A stretch of DNA of 62,797 nucleotides, counting the filler. It is 11 parts of 11 records of this genome, joined end to end, with 100 filler letters (N's around TTAATTAATTAA, not from the genome) between each part and the next. Parts side by side here need not be neighbours in the genome. Positions count along the whole stretch, not along the records: positions 10,412 to 16,173 come from SRR7504441_3715; positions 16,274 to 23,538 come from SRR7504441_3723; 9 more parts are not named here. One strand, given 5' to 3'. The position numbers and the translations under genes were made by a program. Shown here one piece after another: positions 10,636 through 21,738 of the stretch. Under the pieces are notes generated by a model, which saw only the letters and a list, made by a program, of their open reading frames with translations, was not told the origin of the DNA and ran no database searches. Each line of letters begins with the position of its first letter. Position 1 is the stretch's first letter.

Positions 10636-12087
10636 CTATTTGCAGCCCGAATCTTTGCACGCTTGTAGGGACGGGAAGTTGCCCTCCACCGGCCCCCAGT
10701 TCGGCCAGCTGCTATTGACATTCACCGGTGCGTCTAACGGGATGCACACCGGCCACGGGAAGCGAATGACCGAGCCAAACTGGTCAGTAGCATTGCGCTT
10801 GCAGCCGTATCGCATTACCGGCACTGGCGCTGCCTCGCGGTGATCTCTCGAGCCACCGGCTGCAACACGTCGTCGACACCGGGTAGACCGGGTGAAAGTG
10901 ACATTCGGGCAGATGCTGCCGTTGGCCATTGCGCTGCAGTTACCACAATGGCCGTTCTGCTTGATGTCCCGGAATTCCACATTCCAGACTTTGGGCAGGT
11001 AACGGTTGTCAGGCGCGGCTTCCCAGTTAGTGGTCCCAGCGTAGTTGCTGAAGCTGATGCCGCGTGGGTTCGTAATGTTTTCAAAAACTACGTCATGTAT
11101 GTACCCACCGCCACCTAATGCGCCTAGCAGCGACAGACCTCGCTCCCCCTCCAGAATTGAATTCCGGAACGTCACATTCCTCACCCCGCCAGGCTGGATT
11201 CCGACGCGGAAGCCACCACGACCGCCAGCCGGGCAGCTGATGTTTTGGACGAGCACGTTTTCGGTTGGAATGGCAAGGTTCATCCCAAACTCCCAGGCAC
11301 CAGAGTTCATGCAAATCCCGTCGTCGCTGTTTTGAATCACAATGTTCTCGATGAGCGCGTCACGGCTCGAAGATATATCGATTCCATCAGTGTTGCCAAT
11401 GGTGTTGATCGGAGCGAGGATCACGAGGTCACGGATCCTGATATTCTGAGAGTAAGTCGGGGTTAGCGTCCAGAAGGGAGAATTCCGAATTGTGAGCGGT
11501 CGCGCCGCTGAAGATCCAAACACATTGAGCCCGTTAACGAAGGTGAACTGTAGCAGCATTGGCCGGCCGGCTGTGAGGCAGCTCGAGTTGGCGTCGGGCC
11601 AGTCTCCAATGGGCGGCTTGTAGTGACACTTAGTGCACCGCGCCCACCAACTTTGCCCTCGCCCGTCGATGGTGCCGCTGCCCGTCACGGTTACGTTCGA
11701 GGCGTTCCACGAGTTGACGATGCTCTGATAGTTGAGCGCCCCCGGCACAATCTCGTCTATCAGGTCTGGGAAGCAATTTGAGTCTATACTCCAGCCGTAG
11801 CTCATCAGCGGGGCAACCATCGGGTAGTCTGCCGTGTTAGTAGATGCCAGGAGCGTACCGTCGACCACGAGTACCTGATTCGAGGTCAAGTTCAGCGGTC
11901 CAGTGAGGAAGCTCCCGCCAGCCGGAAGCCGCACCTCGTCGCACGCCTCCAGCGCCCTCCTGATGGCCAGCGTGTCGTCGTGCTCTGCGTCGCCCACTGC
12001 GCCGAACGCCGTGACGTCACACGCACGCCACGCAGTGCCAGTGGTGCAGCACGCACAGGAGAGCAGCAGCAGCAGACCAGTCCTCAT
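10636..12087 (-). CDS. Secreted glycoside hydrolase family 28 (polygalacturonase-like), intronless
   Basis: Signal peptide MRTGLLLLLSCAC, then DVTAFGAVGD...DDT.AIRRA, FLTGPLNL, GSGTIDGRGQSWW, RP, NSPFW, NTDGID and DDGI. Confidence 0.88.
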   Translation of the reverse strand: MRTGLLLLLSCACCTTGTAWRACDVTAFGAVGDAEHDDTLAIRRALEACDEVRLPAGGSFLTGPLNLTSNQVLVVDGTLLASTNTADYPMVAPLMSYGWSIDSNCFPDLIDEIVPGALNYQSIVNSWNASNVTVTGSGTIDGRGQSWWARCTKCHYKPPIGDWPDANSSCLTAGRPMLLQFTFVNGLNVFGSSAARPLTIRNSPFWTLTPTYSQNIRIRDLVILAPINTIGNTDGIDISSSRDALIENIVIQNSDDGICMNSGAWEFGMNLAIPTENVLVQNISCPAGGRGGFRVGIQPGGVRNVTFRNSILEGERGLSLLGALGGGGYIHDVVFENITNPRGISFSNYAGTTNWEAAPDNRYLPKVWNVEFRDIKQNGHCGNCSAMANGSICPNVTFTRSTRCRRRVAAGGSRDHREAAPVPVMRYGCKRNATDQFGSVIRFPWPVCIPLDAPVNVNSSWPNWGPVEGNFPSLQACKDSGCK

Positions 12088-12201
12088 CGCGTCTCCCGGC
12101 CACGCTCAGTGCTCACCTGCTGATTTTGATTTTTATTTATTTTTATTTTCCACACAAGATCGCATCTCTCACCAGGATCAGTGGGGCTGGTGCGCGAGGG
12201 T

Positions 12202-13731
12202 ATGCGGACGATGCGCCCGGTGGGGTTGGTGCTGCTGTGGGCCGCTGCCGGATGCGTGGGCCAATCGCCCGACCCGCTGCTAGCCCTCTCGCAGAAGGCG
12301 GCGCTGGCCGACCAAGAGCCGGTGCCAAAGACTCTGCCGGAGATCCCCAAACCGCTCAACCTGGACCGCTCAACCGACAAGCCGGCCTACTCCTACCACG
12401 ACATCGCAGGGTTTGTGCTCGAGGGGCATACCGAGAAGCCCAAGCACAGCCTGATGGGCTGCCAAGCCGTCTGCGACGCGGTGCACAAGTGCCGGTCTTT
12501 CTCCTTCAGGGATCAGGACGGCGCCTGTGAGTGGTCTGAGCACACAATGATGTACGACCCCACCTGGACCTTCGCCTCGCGTGGGATTAAGATCGACCCT
12601 ACTGGCCGCGAAGTGCGCTCGGAAAAGTTTCACACCTTCCCCGGAATGGTCGCGCCAGAGCATTACAAAAAGGAAGTCGGCCTCAACCAGGACGATTGCT
12701 ACGATACGTGCAAGGAAGACCAGCGGTGCAATGCTTTCAGCTACCACGAAGGAAATCTGGAGTGCCTGCTGTCGACCGCGGGTTTGAAATATGATCCAGC
12801 ATTCACGTATTATGAGAATGAGCAGCGGATCTCCCCCGATCCAGCAGCATTGCTTTTGATTGAATCTCGAATGCTACTGCTTTCAATCTGAGCCGCCGTT
12901 GTACGTCTTCAGCATCTGCCAAGCTGTGCCTGGTGACGGAGACTTGCTTTTTAGTCATACGCTCATCATCAGCCTTCTGGGCTGTCTGCTTTGACTGCTT
13001 CTCACTTTTCTGCAGTTTCATCTTGATAAGAGCTGACTTTGAGGATTTCTCTTTGTCCAGCCTGACCTTTGCAGTGCCAACACTCTCGTGGCTCTTGTGC
13101 ACAGCCTCTTTGTACTCCCCTTGCTCTTCGGCGGCCTTGGACGCCTTAGCGACCCGCATTTCACGCTTCCGTGCCTTTTCCTCTGCGGCCTTTTCTGCCT
13201 GTTTCTTTTGCGCTGCCTCCTGTGCCAGCCTTGTCATCCGGGCTCGTACTGCCTCTTTCTCTTTGTACAGCTTTTCCGCTTCATGCTCACGCTTTCGGCG
13301 GAGGCCACGCTGCAACTTGGCTTCGTTGCGCATTTTCGCTTCATCCTGGAGCCGGATCTTCGTATTCGCCTTTCTTTCGATGCGCCACAGATCAGCGTGT
13401 CAGCACAGGTCGCGCGATGCCAGGCGAGCTTGAGAGGTTAAAAGAAGAATCTCAGTTGAAGAGCAAGTTGCACCAATTGAAACAAGCTGCTTCTAAGGTC
13501 GAGCATCAGGCGGGCGACGAGGCTGACACATTCAAACTCGAAATGAGAGTAGCTAAACGTCAACAACTTGACGAGAAAGAAATGAGGAGACGGGAAGTCA
13601 TGGCACAGAAGGCGACTGCAGAAAAGGAGGTGAAAGCAGCACGTGCCAATGCTGACAAAATCGCTGAAGCTGCAGAGCATAAGGAACTTAAGAGCAAATC
13701 GGACCTTCGACTTTTAGAATCATACAGATAG
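12202..13731 (+). CDS. Secreted 2x PAN/apple-domain protein with a K/E-rich coiled-coil tail; interrupted as assembled by an inversion of 12842-13389
   Basis: Signal peptide and two PAN repeats (CQAVCDAVHKCRSFSF...C; CYDTCKEDQRCNAFSY...C). Flipping the segment between GATC 12838-12841 and GATC 13390-13393 gives a stop-free ORF to TAG 13729-13731. Confidence 0.8.
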
Positions 13732-13945
13732 GCTTAAGTAAGACGGGCTCGTCGTGTCATGGATTTGAGAGATTCGATGCAAGGACGAGCCATCTTGATA
13801 ATAAAACCAATGATAACTTCATATTGCTTGCATGAACTTACGTGCAAGCTAGATTGATTACGATCATGTACAATCAGTCATGGCTTGAAGAATTTAATTG
13901 TAATACTTAACGTGGTTACCGACGATGCAATTGAATTATTTGTAG

Positions 13946-16173
13946 TTACGATATAGCGTGGTTTGATTGGCGTTTGACATATTGGAGCAAGAAGAACAAA
14001 GTAGATGGCCGGATTCCAGGTAACCTGCCACGGAAGCTACATTGTCAACACCTGCACTAACTATAACTAGAGACACAACTCGCCTATTTGCGGCGCCCAG
14101 AGTGGCTGGTTGAGCCCGTTCGAGCAGCTGCCGCTCTTCCATCGATATGGAGTCTAGAGAACGGTACGGCAAATCATGGGGCAGCTGGAGACTCTCGTCC
14201 ACCCGCAGCTGCTCCACTTGCTTATCCTGCCTGTCCCCACAAGCCTTCACCTGACCGCATGGCCAGAATCAGCACCTGTCAAGGTACTGCTGATACTGAC
14301 AAATGACCTCGAGCTGCTGCTTCACCTGGCACCCAACACTCGGCCAGTTCCTCGGGCACCAGCCAGCACCGCTTCTGGCAACGTACGGATCTGATCGAGC
14401 TCGGGCTCCACCGCCGTCATCACGTCTCCCAAGCTCAGCTCCTGCGCCGCCAGCACCTGCCACAGACCAGTCACACAACGCTCCAACTGGCCGCACCTTG
14501 GCAGCGCTCCGCCGTTCGCCGTCTAGTTTGACTTGAATCCCGGCTGCCCGCCAAGCCGTGGGCGAGAGCGCACAGCCGGCCAGCAAGTCCATCCCGTGGT
14601 CTATCTGCTCCTGCTTTGTCCGTGTGCGGCTCGCGTCGACAAGCGAGCAGGACGCCGCTAACTCAGCCAGTCGCAGGTCGGCGTTATCGGCCCTGAGGCT
14701 CAGTCGGTACTCGGCTCTTGAAGTGAACATCCTGTACGGCTCGGTCACCCCAGTGGTAACTAGGTCATCCACCAGCACGCCTGCTCCAACTCAGCTGCAC
14801 ATACCCGACCGTGCTACCTGCCATCGAGTTGCCCCGATCGAGCGCAAGTGCCCGGCCCGAAGAGTCGCAGGCCAGTGCCGCGTTGGCGCCTGCTATTAGC
14901 CCTTGGATCCCGGCTTCTTCGTACCTGCCGCCTTGCTCACATGGAGCACCGGCTCAGCAACAACCCGGTAGTGCCATTAATCTGCCCGGCTAAATATAGC
15001 CCGGGTATCCGCTTTGACTCGAGCGAGTGCCGCAGCTCGCGGGGGTCGCAGTATTCATATTCGACAGCATAGCCGGGCTGGAGCACCTGCAATCAACACC
15101 TAAGTTGTGGCTGTCTGCCACCGGTGGCACCTTGGCGTGCTCTAGCCCTGGTATGCTTCGTACCACACGATGCTGCGCCTCCTCCCCTAGTGACGTGGGT
15201 AGCCCAGCCGGATAAACCACCGGCGAGTTCCTCCCTTCCGGCTCCAGCCACACGTGATGCCTCCGACCGGGGAAACGCTGGCATTTCTTCTCGATAGACA
15301 CACAGTATCTGCCGCCCGGATCACGCACGACCCCGGCCCGAGGCACCGGGGCGAGTTTCCAGCCCTGCCGAACGAGTCTTGGCTCTCAAATTGGGCTAAT
15401 TGGCCCGGGGCTTGCAGCGCTTCCAGCACTACTCGTTCGGTCTCCTCTGAGGTCCAACTCAGGTGGCAAGGCTGCAACTGCTGATTCACCTGAGCCGGCT
15501 CAGCGTACACCAACCGGCAGGCCCGCACCACATTGGGCAGGGCTGTCCAGTCGCTGCCGAATGACATGCAGCTCGGTGGGTCATCGCTCTCTTGCACAGT
15601 CAGCTCCGAATAATCTATCGAACTCTTCTCCAGACGCGGCGGCGTGCTCGTAGAGAGCCGCCCAAGCGGGAATCCAGCCCGCTCCAGCGTGTCGGCCAGC
15701 CCTATGGCCGGTGCCTCGCCCATCCGGCCGGCCGGCCAGCTTTTGGGGCCGCAGTGGATCACGCCTCGCAGGAAGGTGCCGGTTGTGAGCACCACCTTGC
15801 GGGCAGCGATCCGGCGGCCGTCGTTGAGCGAGACCCCGGCCACCCGGCCGTCCGGCTCGAGCAGCAGGTCGAGCACCCCGCCCTCGACCACGCTCAGCCG
15901 AGGCTGGGCGCTGATCATCTGCTGCATGGCGGTATGGTACTGGGCCCGGTCGGCCTGCACTCTGGGCCCGTGCACCGCGGGGCCTTTGGACCGATTGAGC
16001 ACCCGGAACTGTATCGCAGCCAGGTCAGCAGCCCGAGCCATCAGCCCGCCCATGGCGTCGATCTCGCGCACCAGTGTGCCCTTGGCCACACCGCCGAACG
16101 AGGGGTTGCAGGACATCACCCCGAGGTCGCCGGCCCGCTGGGTGCACAGCCCGACCTCCGCCCCCACCCGCGC
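13946..16173 (-). CDS. MTO1: tRNA uridine 5-carboxymethylaminomethyl modification enzyme MnmG/GidA (MTO1), multi-exon, 5'-truncated
   Basis: [70 protein letters not shown] and [25 protein letters not shown] across short introns. Confidence 0.93.
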
Positions 16174-16273
16174 NNNNNNNNNNNNNNNNNNNNNNNNNNN
16201 NNNNNNNNNNNNNNNNNTTAATTAATTAANNNNNNNNNNNNNNNNNNNNNNNNNNNNNNNNNNNNNNNNNNNN

Positions 16274-16759
16274 CTACAGCCGAGAGGCCAGCTCGCGCCC
16301 GGTTTGGATCAGCTTCGCCACCTCATCCACCGAGCAGTCATCGCACTGGGGGTGCAGCCTCCACAGAACCGTCCTGTCGCCGCACAGCGCCCCGCTGATA
16401 CCGTCGGCCGAGGCGTCCAGGCCGTCGGGCGCGCACACAACCACACTGGAGGCCGGGTACTCCCTGCCGTTGTCGCACGCCAGCAGCGCCCCCGCCGGGA
16501 TACAGAGCCCGCCCCCGCCTAGGTTCATACCCAGGTGGTAGTACGGCGTCACCCGCCGCACCCGCGCGGCTACCAGCGCCACCCGCCCGGCCGCGGCCAG
16601 CGACCAGGCCTCGCGCCCGAACTGTCCGAACAACGCCACCGGGAGGCTGCGGGCGGTCAGCGCACGGAGGAGCTTCTCCTGGCACGGCCCGCCGCCCAAC
16701 AGTGCCACCGGGGCGCTCCCGGGGCCGGGGGTCCCCACGAACGCCGCCTCCCAGCGCAT
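16274..16759 (-). CDS. Hypothetical protein
   Basis: GC-rich ORF MRWEAAFVG...ELASRL*, divergent from the C2 gene. No recognisable motif. Confidence 0.4.
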   Translation of the reverse strand: MRWEAAFVGTPGPGSAPVALLGGGPCQEKLLRALTARSLPVALFGQFGREAWSLAAAGRVALVAARVRRVTPYYHLGMNLGGGGLCIPAGALLACDNGREYPASSVVVCAPDGLDASADGISGALCGDRTVLWRLHPQCDDCSVDEVAKLIQTGRELASRL

Positions 16760-16820
16760 GCTACGCGCTCCGCCGTCGGGCTCCGGGCGATAATAACGGA
16801 CAAACAGGTAACTGTTCAGG

Positions 16821-18609
16821 ATGGTGTGGTATCCAGGCAAGCTCATCAAGGAGCGTACCGAGGCCCGGTCGGAGCCCGAGCCAGCCCCGCCCGAGCCGCC
16901 CGAGCACAATTCCAGCGAGGCGCGCGACCGTCAAAATGAAAAGGGCGGCTGGTATCCCGGCAAGCTGCTCGATGAGGTCTCAGCGGTCAGAAAAGAGCGG
17001 CGCGAGGTGGAAGCCGCCGGCGGGCAATACCTCGCGAGCGGGCTGACCGGGCTCCGGAAGCGGTGGGAACGCAAGCGAGCGCTGGCCGCGTGCGAGCTTC
17101 GGCACCCTATCGGCCAGGTGCGCGTGACGGTGCGCAATCTCAAAACTGGCGTGACCAACCGGCCGTACGTGATCATGGCCATCGACGGGAACGAAGCGCG
17201 CACCTCGACCGCCGTCACCGCCGACCCCGGCTGGCCCGAGGACGAGTTCAGCCTGCCGGTCCAGAGTCCGTTTGCCAATTTGAGCGTTTTGCTGTTCGAC
17301 GACGAATCGGTTTGGAACGAGGAGTGCGTCGGCCGTGTGATCGTCCCGCTCTCCCAGTGAGCCCGTGGCTGCACGTGAGGCTGACGGGTGGTGTGTCAGC
17401 CTCTGCCAGCCGCCGCTGGGGCTCTCGCCCAGCAAGGCGCAAGAGAGCTGGTACTGGCTGGCGCCGCCCACGAAGCAGCACAGCGACGCGCTGGTGCAGG
17501 AGCGTTACACTGAGGCAGTGCACGGTGTGCCCGGGTCGGGGATGGTTTGGGCGTCCGGGAAGAAGTACGGGCTCGGGTTCATTCAGTTAAAGCTGGAGCT
17601 GGTTATGGATAAGAATCTCGGGATGCTCTCCGCAATGATCGGTCAGGTTAACGCTTTCTTCCTAATAAGGAAATGATCTGTTAACACAGTCGTACATGGC
17701 GCAGTTTGACGAGGATGCGCTGCACGAGAGCGAGCCGGCTGACGAGAAGGAAGAAAAAGTGGACATCGAGCCCCGGATCCTCAAGCTGTGCGTGCAGAGG
17801 ATCAAGCGGCTGGTCGGCCGGCCGTACATCCTCACCCCCCCATATGTCTACGCGCTGCTCCCGCTGCACTACTACACCTGCTTTCATAGGCAGCAGCTAG
17901 ATCGCCTGCGGATTGACCGGTGGGCAGTCCTGTCCGCGACCTGCCGTACGGAATCTGGCTGGTGCTGCTGCTCAACGGAATTGTTGGGTTCTGGCACCGT
18001 CGGGAGCGAGCTGCGGAGATGGTCTTTTGGGAAGATAAAGTCGGGCCGGACATGACGCCCAAAGGGCTGGCCAAGCTTCGGCTGCTGGTAGACGGCTTGA
18101 CCAAGCTCCAGCAGGCAGGCTGGCCCAGCAGGCGGGTGTCACTAGTACGGGGCAGGGGCTGCAGATGGTGACGAGCGCGGCGGAGCGGATCGCGAATCTC
18201 CAGAACTTCACTATGCCGGTTGTGAGCATTGTGTTCTACACAGCGATGCTAGTGGCCGCCTGGTGCCGTGCTCGTGCGCTCTAGCCGCTGACGGGTGGGC
18301 GACAGGCTGGTCTCTGCGCTCCTGACCATCCTGCCCGTGCACTGGCTCTGGTTCGGAGCAGGGACTGCAGTGCTGCTAAAGCTGAGTGTGCCAGCCGACA
18401 CAGCCGCTGAGGCGGAGGCCGAGGCTAAGGAGTCGGCCAAGCCCAGCCCTGTCCAAGAGAGCGCGGCACCGCTGTTCAAGACTGTGTCTGACATTATCGG
18501 CAAGGCTCCGGATGCGACCGTGGTTGCGCATGAAGAATTCTGCTACCGACAGCGGATGACCGATGCGGAGATGGAAGCTCTCGACTCTCGCGAGCGGAAA
18601 ACCAAGTGA
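16821..18609 (+). CDS. C2-domain membrane protein (MCTP/PRT_C-like architecture), multi-exon
   Basis: C2 motifs (PYVIMAIDG..ARTS, DPGW.E.F, VLLFDDE...CVGRVIVPL) followed by hydrophobic segments in downstream exons. Confidence 0.7.
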
Positions 18610-18704
18610 ACGTGATTGTGTAGGTCATTTTTATTAAAACAGTGTACCGATTGCTCATGCCGGAACGTAGACTGTCCAACTGCTCTTGACAATCTGCCGT
18701 TATC

Positions 18705-18768
18705 TGCAAATGATTAATTCTAAAAAGTAAAAACCACTAGCGATGCAAATGATTAATTCTAAAAAGTA
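18705..18768. repeat. 25-bp direct repeat with a 14-bp spacer between convergent genes
   Basis: tgcaaatgattaattctaaaaagta at 18705-18729 and 18744-18768. Confidence 0.9.
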
Positions 18769-18772
18769 CAAA

Positions 18773-19678
18773 TTATCCGGCAGCTTGTATCGCTTGCTTG
18801 GCTCGGCCTTTCTTTGCAATGTACTGGGCTGTCGCAGGCCTTGACCCGGCCGCTAGCAAGACGGCCATGCTCGGGTGCTCGAGCATTTGGCCAAACTCGT
18901 TCAAATCAAACTCCTCACGCCCGCCCACGGCTGTCTGTGCGATGATTGCCTGGAGCTCTCCCGGACTGAGCGGCCGGCCCGCAGCTTCGAATGCGGCTAG
19001 AAGCTCAGACACTGATACAGTCCGGCTGTGGTCCGTATCGACCCTGTCAAACACTTGCTGTGCAATGCTCGAATCCAGCCGCGATGCGACCCCAATCACA
19101 GCGTCTGCCGGCAGCACGGCGTCTGTGCTCCCGTTATTGGCAATGTAGCTCAGGGCGACGTTCCAGCCGAGGTTGCCAGTATTCATAAACGATGCCTGCA
19201 GCGGCCTGGGTACGAACCCAAAGTTAACGGTCTGCAGTGGTAGCCAGAGCCCCCAGCAGGCGACCAGCGAGGTGCCGTACGACTGTTTCATCGCATCCAG
19301 GCTCTCCTGGACGGACAGGCCTGTGAGTAACCCGTACGTCAGGTAGAAAGCCGGTGTGTAAGCTAACGGCACGTGCGCAAGGTTATCAATGAGCGAGGAG
19401 CCCACTCCCGTCCGGAGCGGCGTGCTGGTAAACCAAGCCGGCAGCAGCCGCGGGTACAGGCTGTAGAGCACCGGGCAGGCCCAGCCGCAGTAGACGGCCC
19501 CGAACGCGCTCATCGCGGCGGTGCGGCGGGTGTCGACCCTGCTCACGCCCTCGAGCCCGTGCTGGCAGATCAGGTCCCCAGCGCAAGCGAGCACCCCGCC
19601 CGTGGCAATGTTAGTCGGTACCGGGTGCGTGGCGGTCAGTCGGCTGTAGGCGCGTCCCGCCGTGTGGGCCGCCCCCAT
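18773..19678 (-). CDS. Mpv17/PMP22-family membrane protein with a C-terminal EF-hand pair
   Basis: HPVPTNIATGG...GDLICQ, D.RRT, W.PLQTVNFGFVP...WNVALSY, then FDRVDTDHSRTVSVSEL and FDLNEF. Confidence 0.82.
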   Translation of the reverse strand: MGAAHTAGRAYSRLTATHPVPTNIATGGVLACAGDLICQHGLEGVSRVDTRRTAAMSAFGAVYCGWACPVLYSLYPRLLPAWFTSTPLRTGVGSSLIDNLAHVPLAYTPAFYLTYGLLTGLSVQESLDAMKQSYGTSLVACWGLWLPLQTVNFGFVPRPLQASFMNTGNLGWNVALSYIANNGSTDAVLPADAVIGVASRLDSSIAQQVFDRVDTDHSRTVSVSELLAAFEAAGRPLSPGELQAIIAQTAVGGREEFDLNEFGQMLEHPSMAVLLAAGSRPATAQYIAKKGRAKQAIQAAG

Positions 19679-19730
19679 ACACCAACAGGCGGGAGATGTC
19701 ACCCCCGGCCCGCAACAACGGACATTCCAC

Positions 19731-20613
19731 ATGGCGGCAACCGCACTGGTGACACCTCGGTCCTGGCGACTGCCACGGGCGATCCTGAGTGCAGGTGATC
19801 GGGACCGGGATGATCGGATCGGAAGTAGTCCGTCAGCTCCGCGCCCGCGGCATCGTCGTGCACACCGCCGGTGCCCTCCACCGGGCCGGCACCCCGACCG
19901 GCGGCAGACCTCAAGCCGGGGGCCGACGCCCAGTTGGATCTGACCGACGTCAGCTCGATCCAGCGGCTGGATGGCGCCTTCCCGGGCGGCGTGGACCACG
20001 GTCCGCCCAGCGGTCGCGCAGGCCTGATCGGCTGGCAGTAATAGTCTGCGCGGGGCACTCGTCGTTCGGACCCGGTGCGGCCGCCGGTGGGGCCTGGCGA
20101 TTGAGGGCGCAGTGAGTAAGTTCGACGCGGCCTCGTGGACCAAGAACTTTGAGAGCAAACTGATCCCCATGAGCCGGTGCCGGCCTGACCGTCCGGGCCG
20201 ACCCCTAGTGTGACAGGCTGGCGGTTATGTTGATCAACGGCACCGAGCTTAAGCTTCTCAAACCCAACGGCTCGGTCACGATCACCTCGGGGCTGGCCGC
20301 GCGGACCATGAACCCCAACTGGCCGGGCATTTCAGCCAACTGCGCCGGTCTGGACGCGTTTGTGCGGTGCGCCGGGGTCGAAACGCCACGGGGCATCCGG
20401 CTAAACGCTGTGGCGCCGACCACCGTGTCGGAGACGGCGCAAGCGGCAGGGCAGGGGACCAAGGGGACGGTGCCCAAGGCCAAGGTGGCCGGGCTCTACG
20501 TTGAGTCCGCGCTGGGTGCAATGAGTGGAGAAGTTCTGCTGGGAGGCGACCCGGGGGCCCCCAAGGCGTTCAACAGTAAGGTGTTTGATTATATTCACAA
20601 GGCCAAGCTCTGA
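19731..20613 (+). CDS. Short-chain dehydrogenase/reductase, multi-exon
   Basis: Spliced MAATAL|VIGTGMIGSEVVRQL (Rossmann), GSVTITSG, N..LDAFVR...ETPRGIRLNAVAP. Confidence 0.8.
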
Positions 20614-20758
20614 GCTCGATTTGGCTGGGGGTGCCCTAGGCACTTGGCCTGCTAATCAACTGCTTTGTTGACCATTTTAACAAATTCACATCGTATTCGG
20701 TCTTTCTACTTACGTACAAATGCAACCGTATGAAAGATTTGATTATTAAATTGCCGGT

Positions 20759-21667
20759 TTAGTTCGGCGCGTACTCGGGCGGCTCAGCCACCTCTTGATA
20801 AGCCGGCGGCGGTAGGGCCTTCCGCCAAGTGATGGTGTCGACTCGATGTGGGTTAACGCACTTGTTGATCATCGTATCGTTCCTGAAAGCGAGCCAGGTG
20901 AGCAGGCCCGTCTCCACATCGAACTCAGCCGCCTTCTGGATCGTGCCGTCCTCCCGCTCAAAGCACACCGGGTCGGTCAGATGCAGCCTGTACTTCTTCC
21001 CGTGACGCTCCCACCTCCCGTGCTCCACTTTCACTCTATCAACTGCGCCGCTCCTGTGCGAAACCAACCACTCTCCATCCAAATCCTCCCTTGACCAGAT
21101 CCCCAGCCCGCCCCCCTCCAACAGCCGCCCCCGCCGCAGTCTCCCGCCCTCGCCAACATCCCCCAAAAGCCGGTCGAGAGCCAGCCGGCGTAGCCCGCCC
21201 TCGGGGCCCGCGTACACCCACGGCCACTCCTCCCAGCCATCCGGCGCGGATGCGCCCAGAGCCCGCCGGAGCAGCCCACCCACCGGCTCGCCGGGCCAGC
21301 ACTCCACGTCCAGCCGCCGGCCGCCCGGGAGGATCACCACCAGCCGCACCCCCGGCGCCGTCTCGAGCCGCACTAGGGCCCCGTCCGTGACGCCGTTGCG
21401 GGCCCAGCTAGCCAGGGCGTCCAGCTCTCCCGACGGCCCCACCAGCCGGGTGGTGTGGGCGGGTGGCAGCTCCGGGTTTCCGTTGCAGAGCCGGAGCTTA
21501 AGCCGATATGCCATCTCGCCGCTGCAGACCGCCTCGGGTTTAGGTTGCGGCCGGTCGGGGAGGGCGACTAACAGCTTGAGGAACGGCCCGGTCCGCTCGG
21601 TCGGACCCACCGCCGGCAGCCCGCTCGGGTCGGCTGGCTCGCGCGGGGCGGAGCTGCACTGGCCCAT
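20759..21667 (-). CDS. Hypothetical N-myristoylated protein with probable ubiquitin-like segments and a PPAY motif
   Basis: Starts MGQCSS. Contains LASWARNGVTDGALVRL and VILPGGRRLDVEC.PGEPVG.L (beta-grasp-like) and a C-terminal PPPAY. Confidence 0.5.
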   Translation of the reverse strand: MGQCSSAPREPADPSGLPAVGPTERTGPFLKLLVALPDRPQPKPEAVCSGEMAYRLKLRLCNGNPELPPAHTTRLVGPSGELDALASWARNGVTDGALVRLETAPGVRLVVILPGGRRLDVECWPGEPVGGLLRRALGASAPDGWEEWPWVYAGPEGGLRRLALDRLLGDVGEGGRLRRGRLLEGGGLGIWSREDLDGEWLVSHRSGAVDRVKVEHGRWERHGKKYRLHLTDPVCFEREDGTIQKAAEFDVETGLLTWLAFRNDTMINKCVNPHRVDTITWRKALPPPAYQEVAEPPEYAPN

Positions 21668-21738
21668 GCCGCGTGAGGTCAATCGCGACCCCCAGGCTCC
21701 TAACGGAACCAGCACTGCAGCTGGGCAACGGACTCCAA

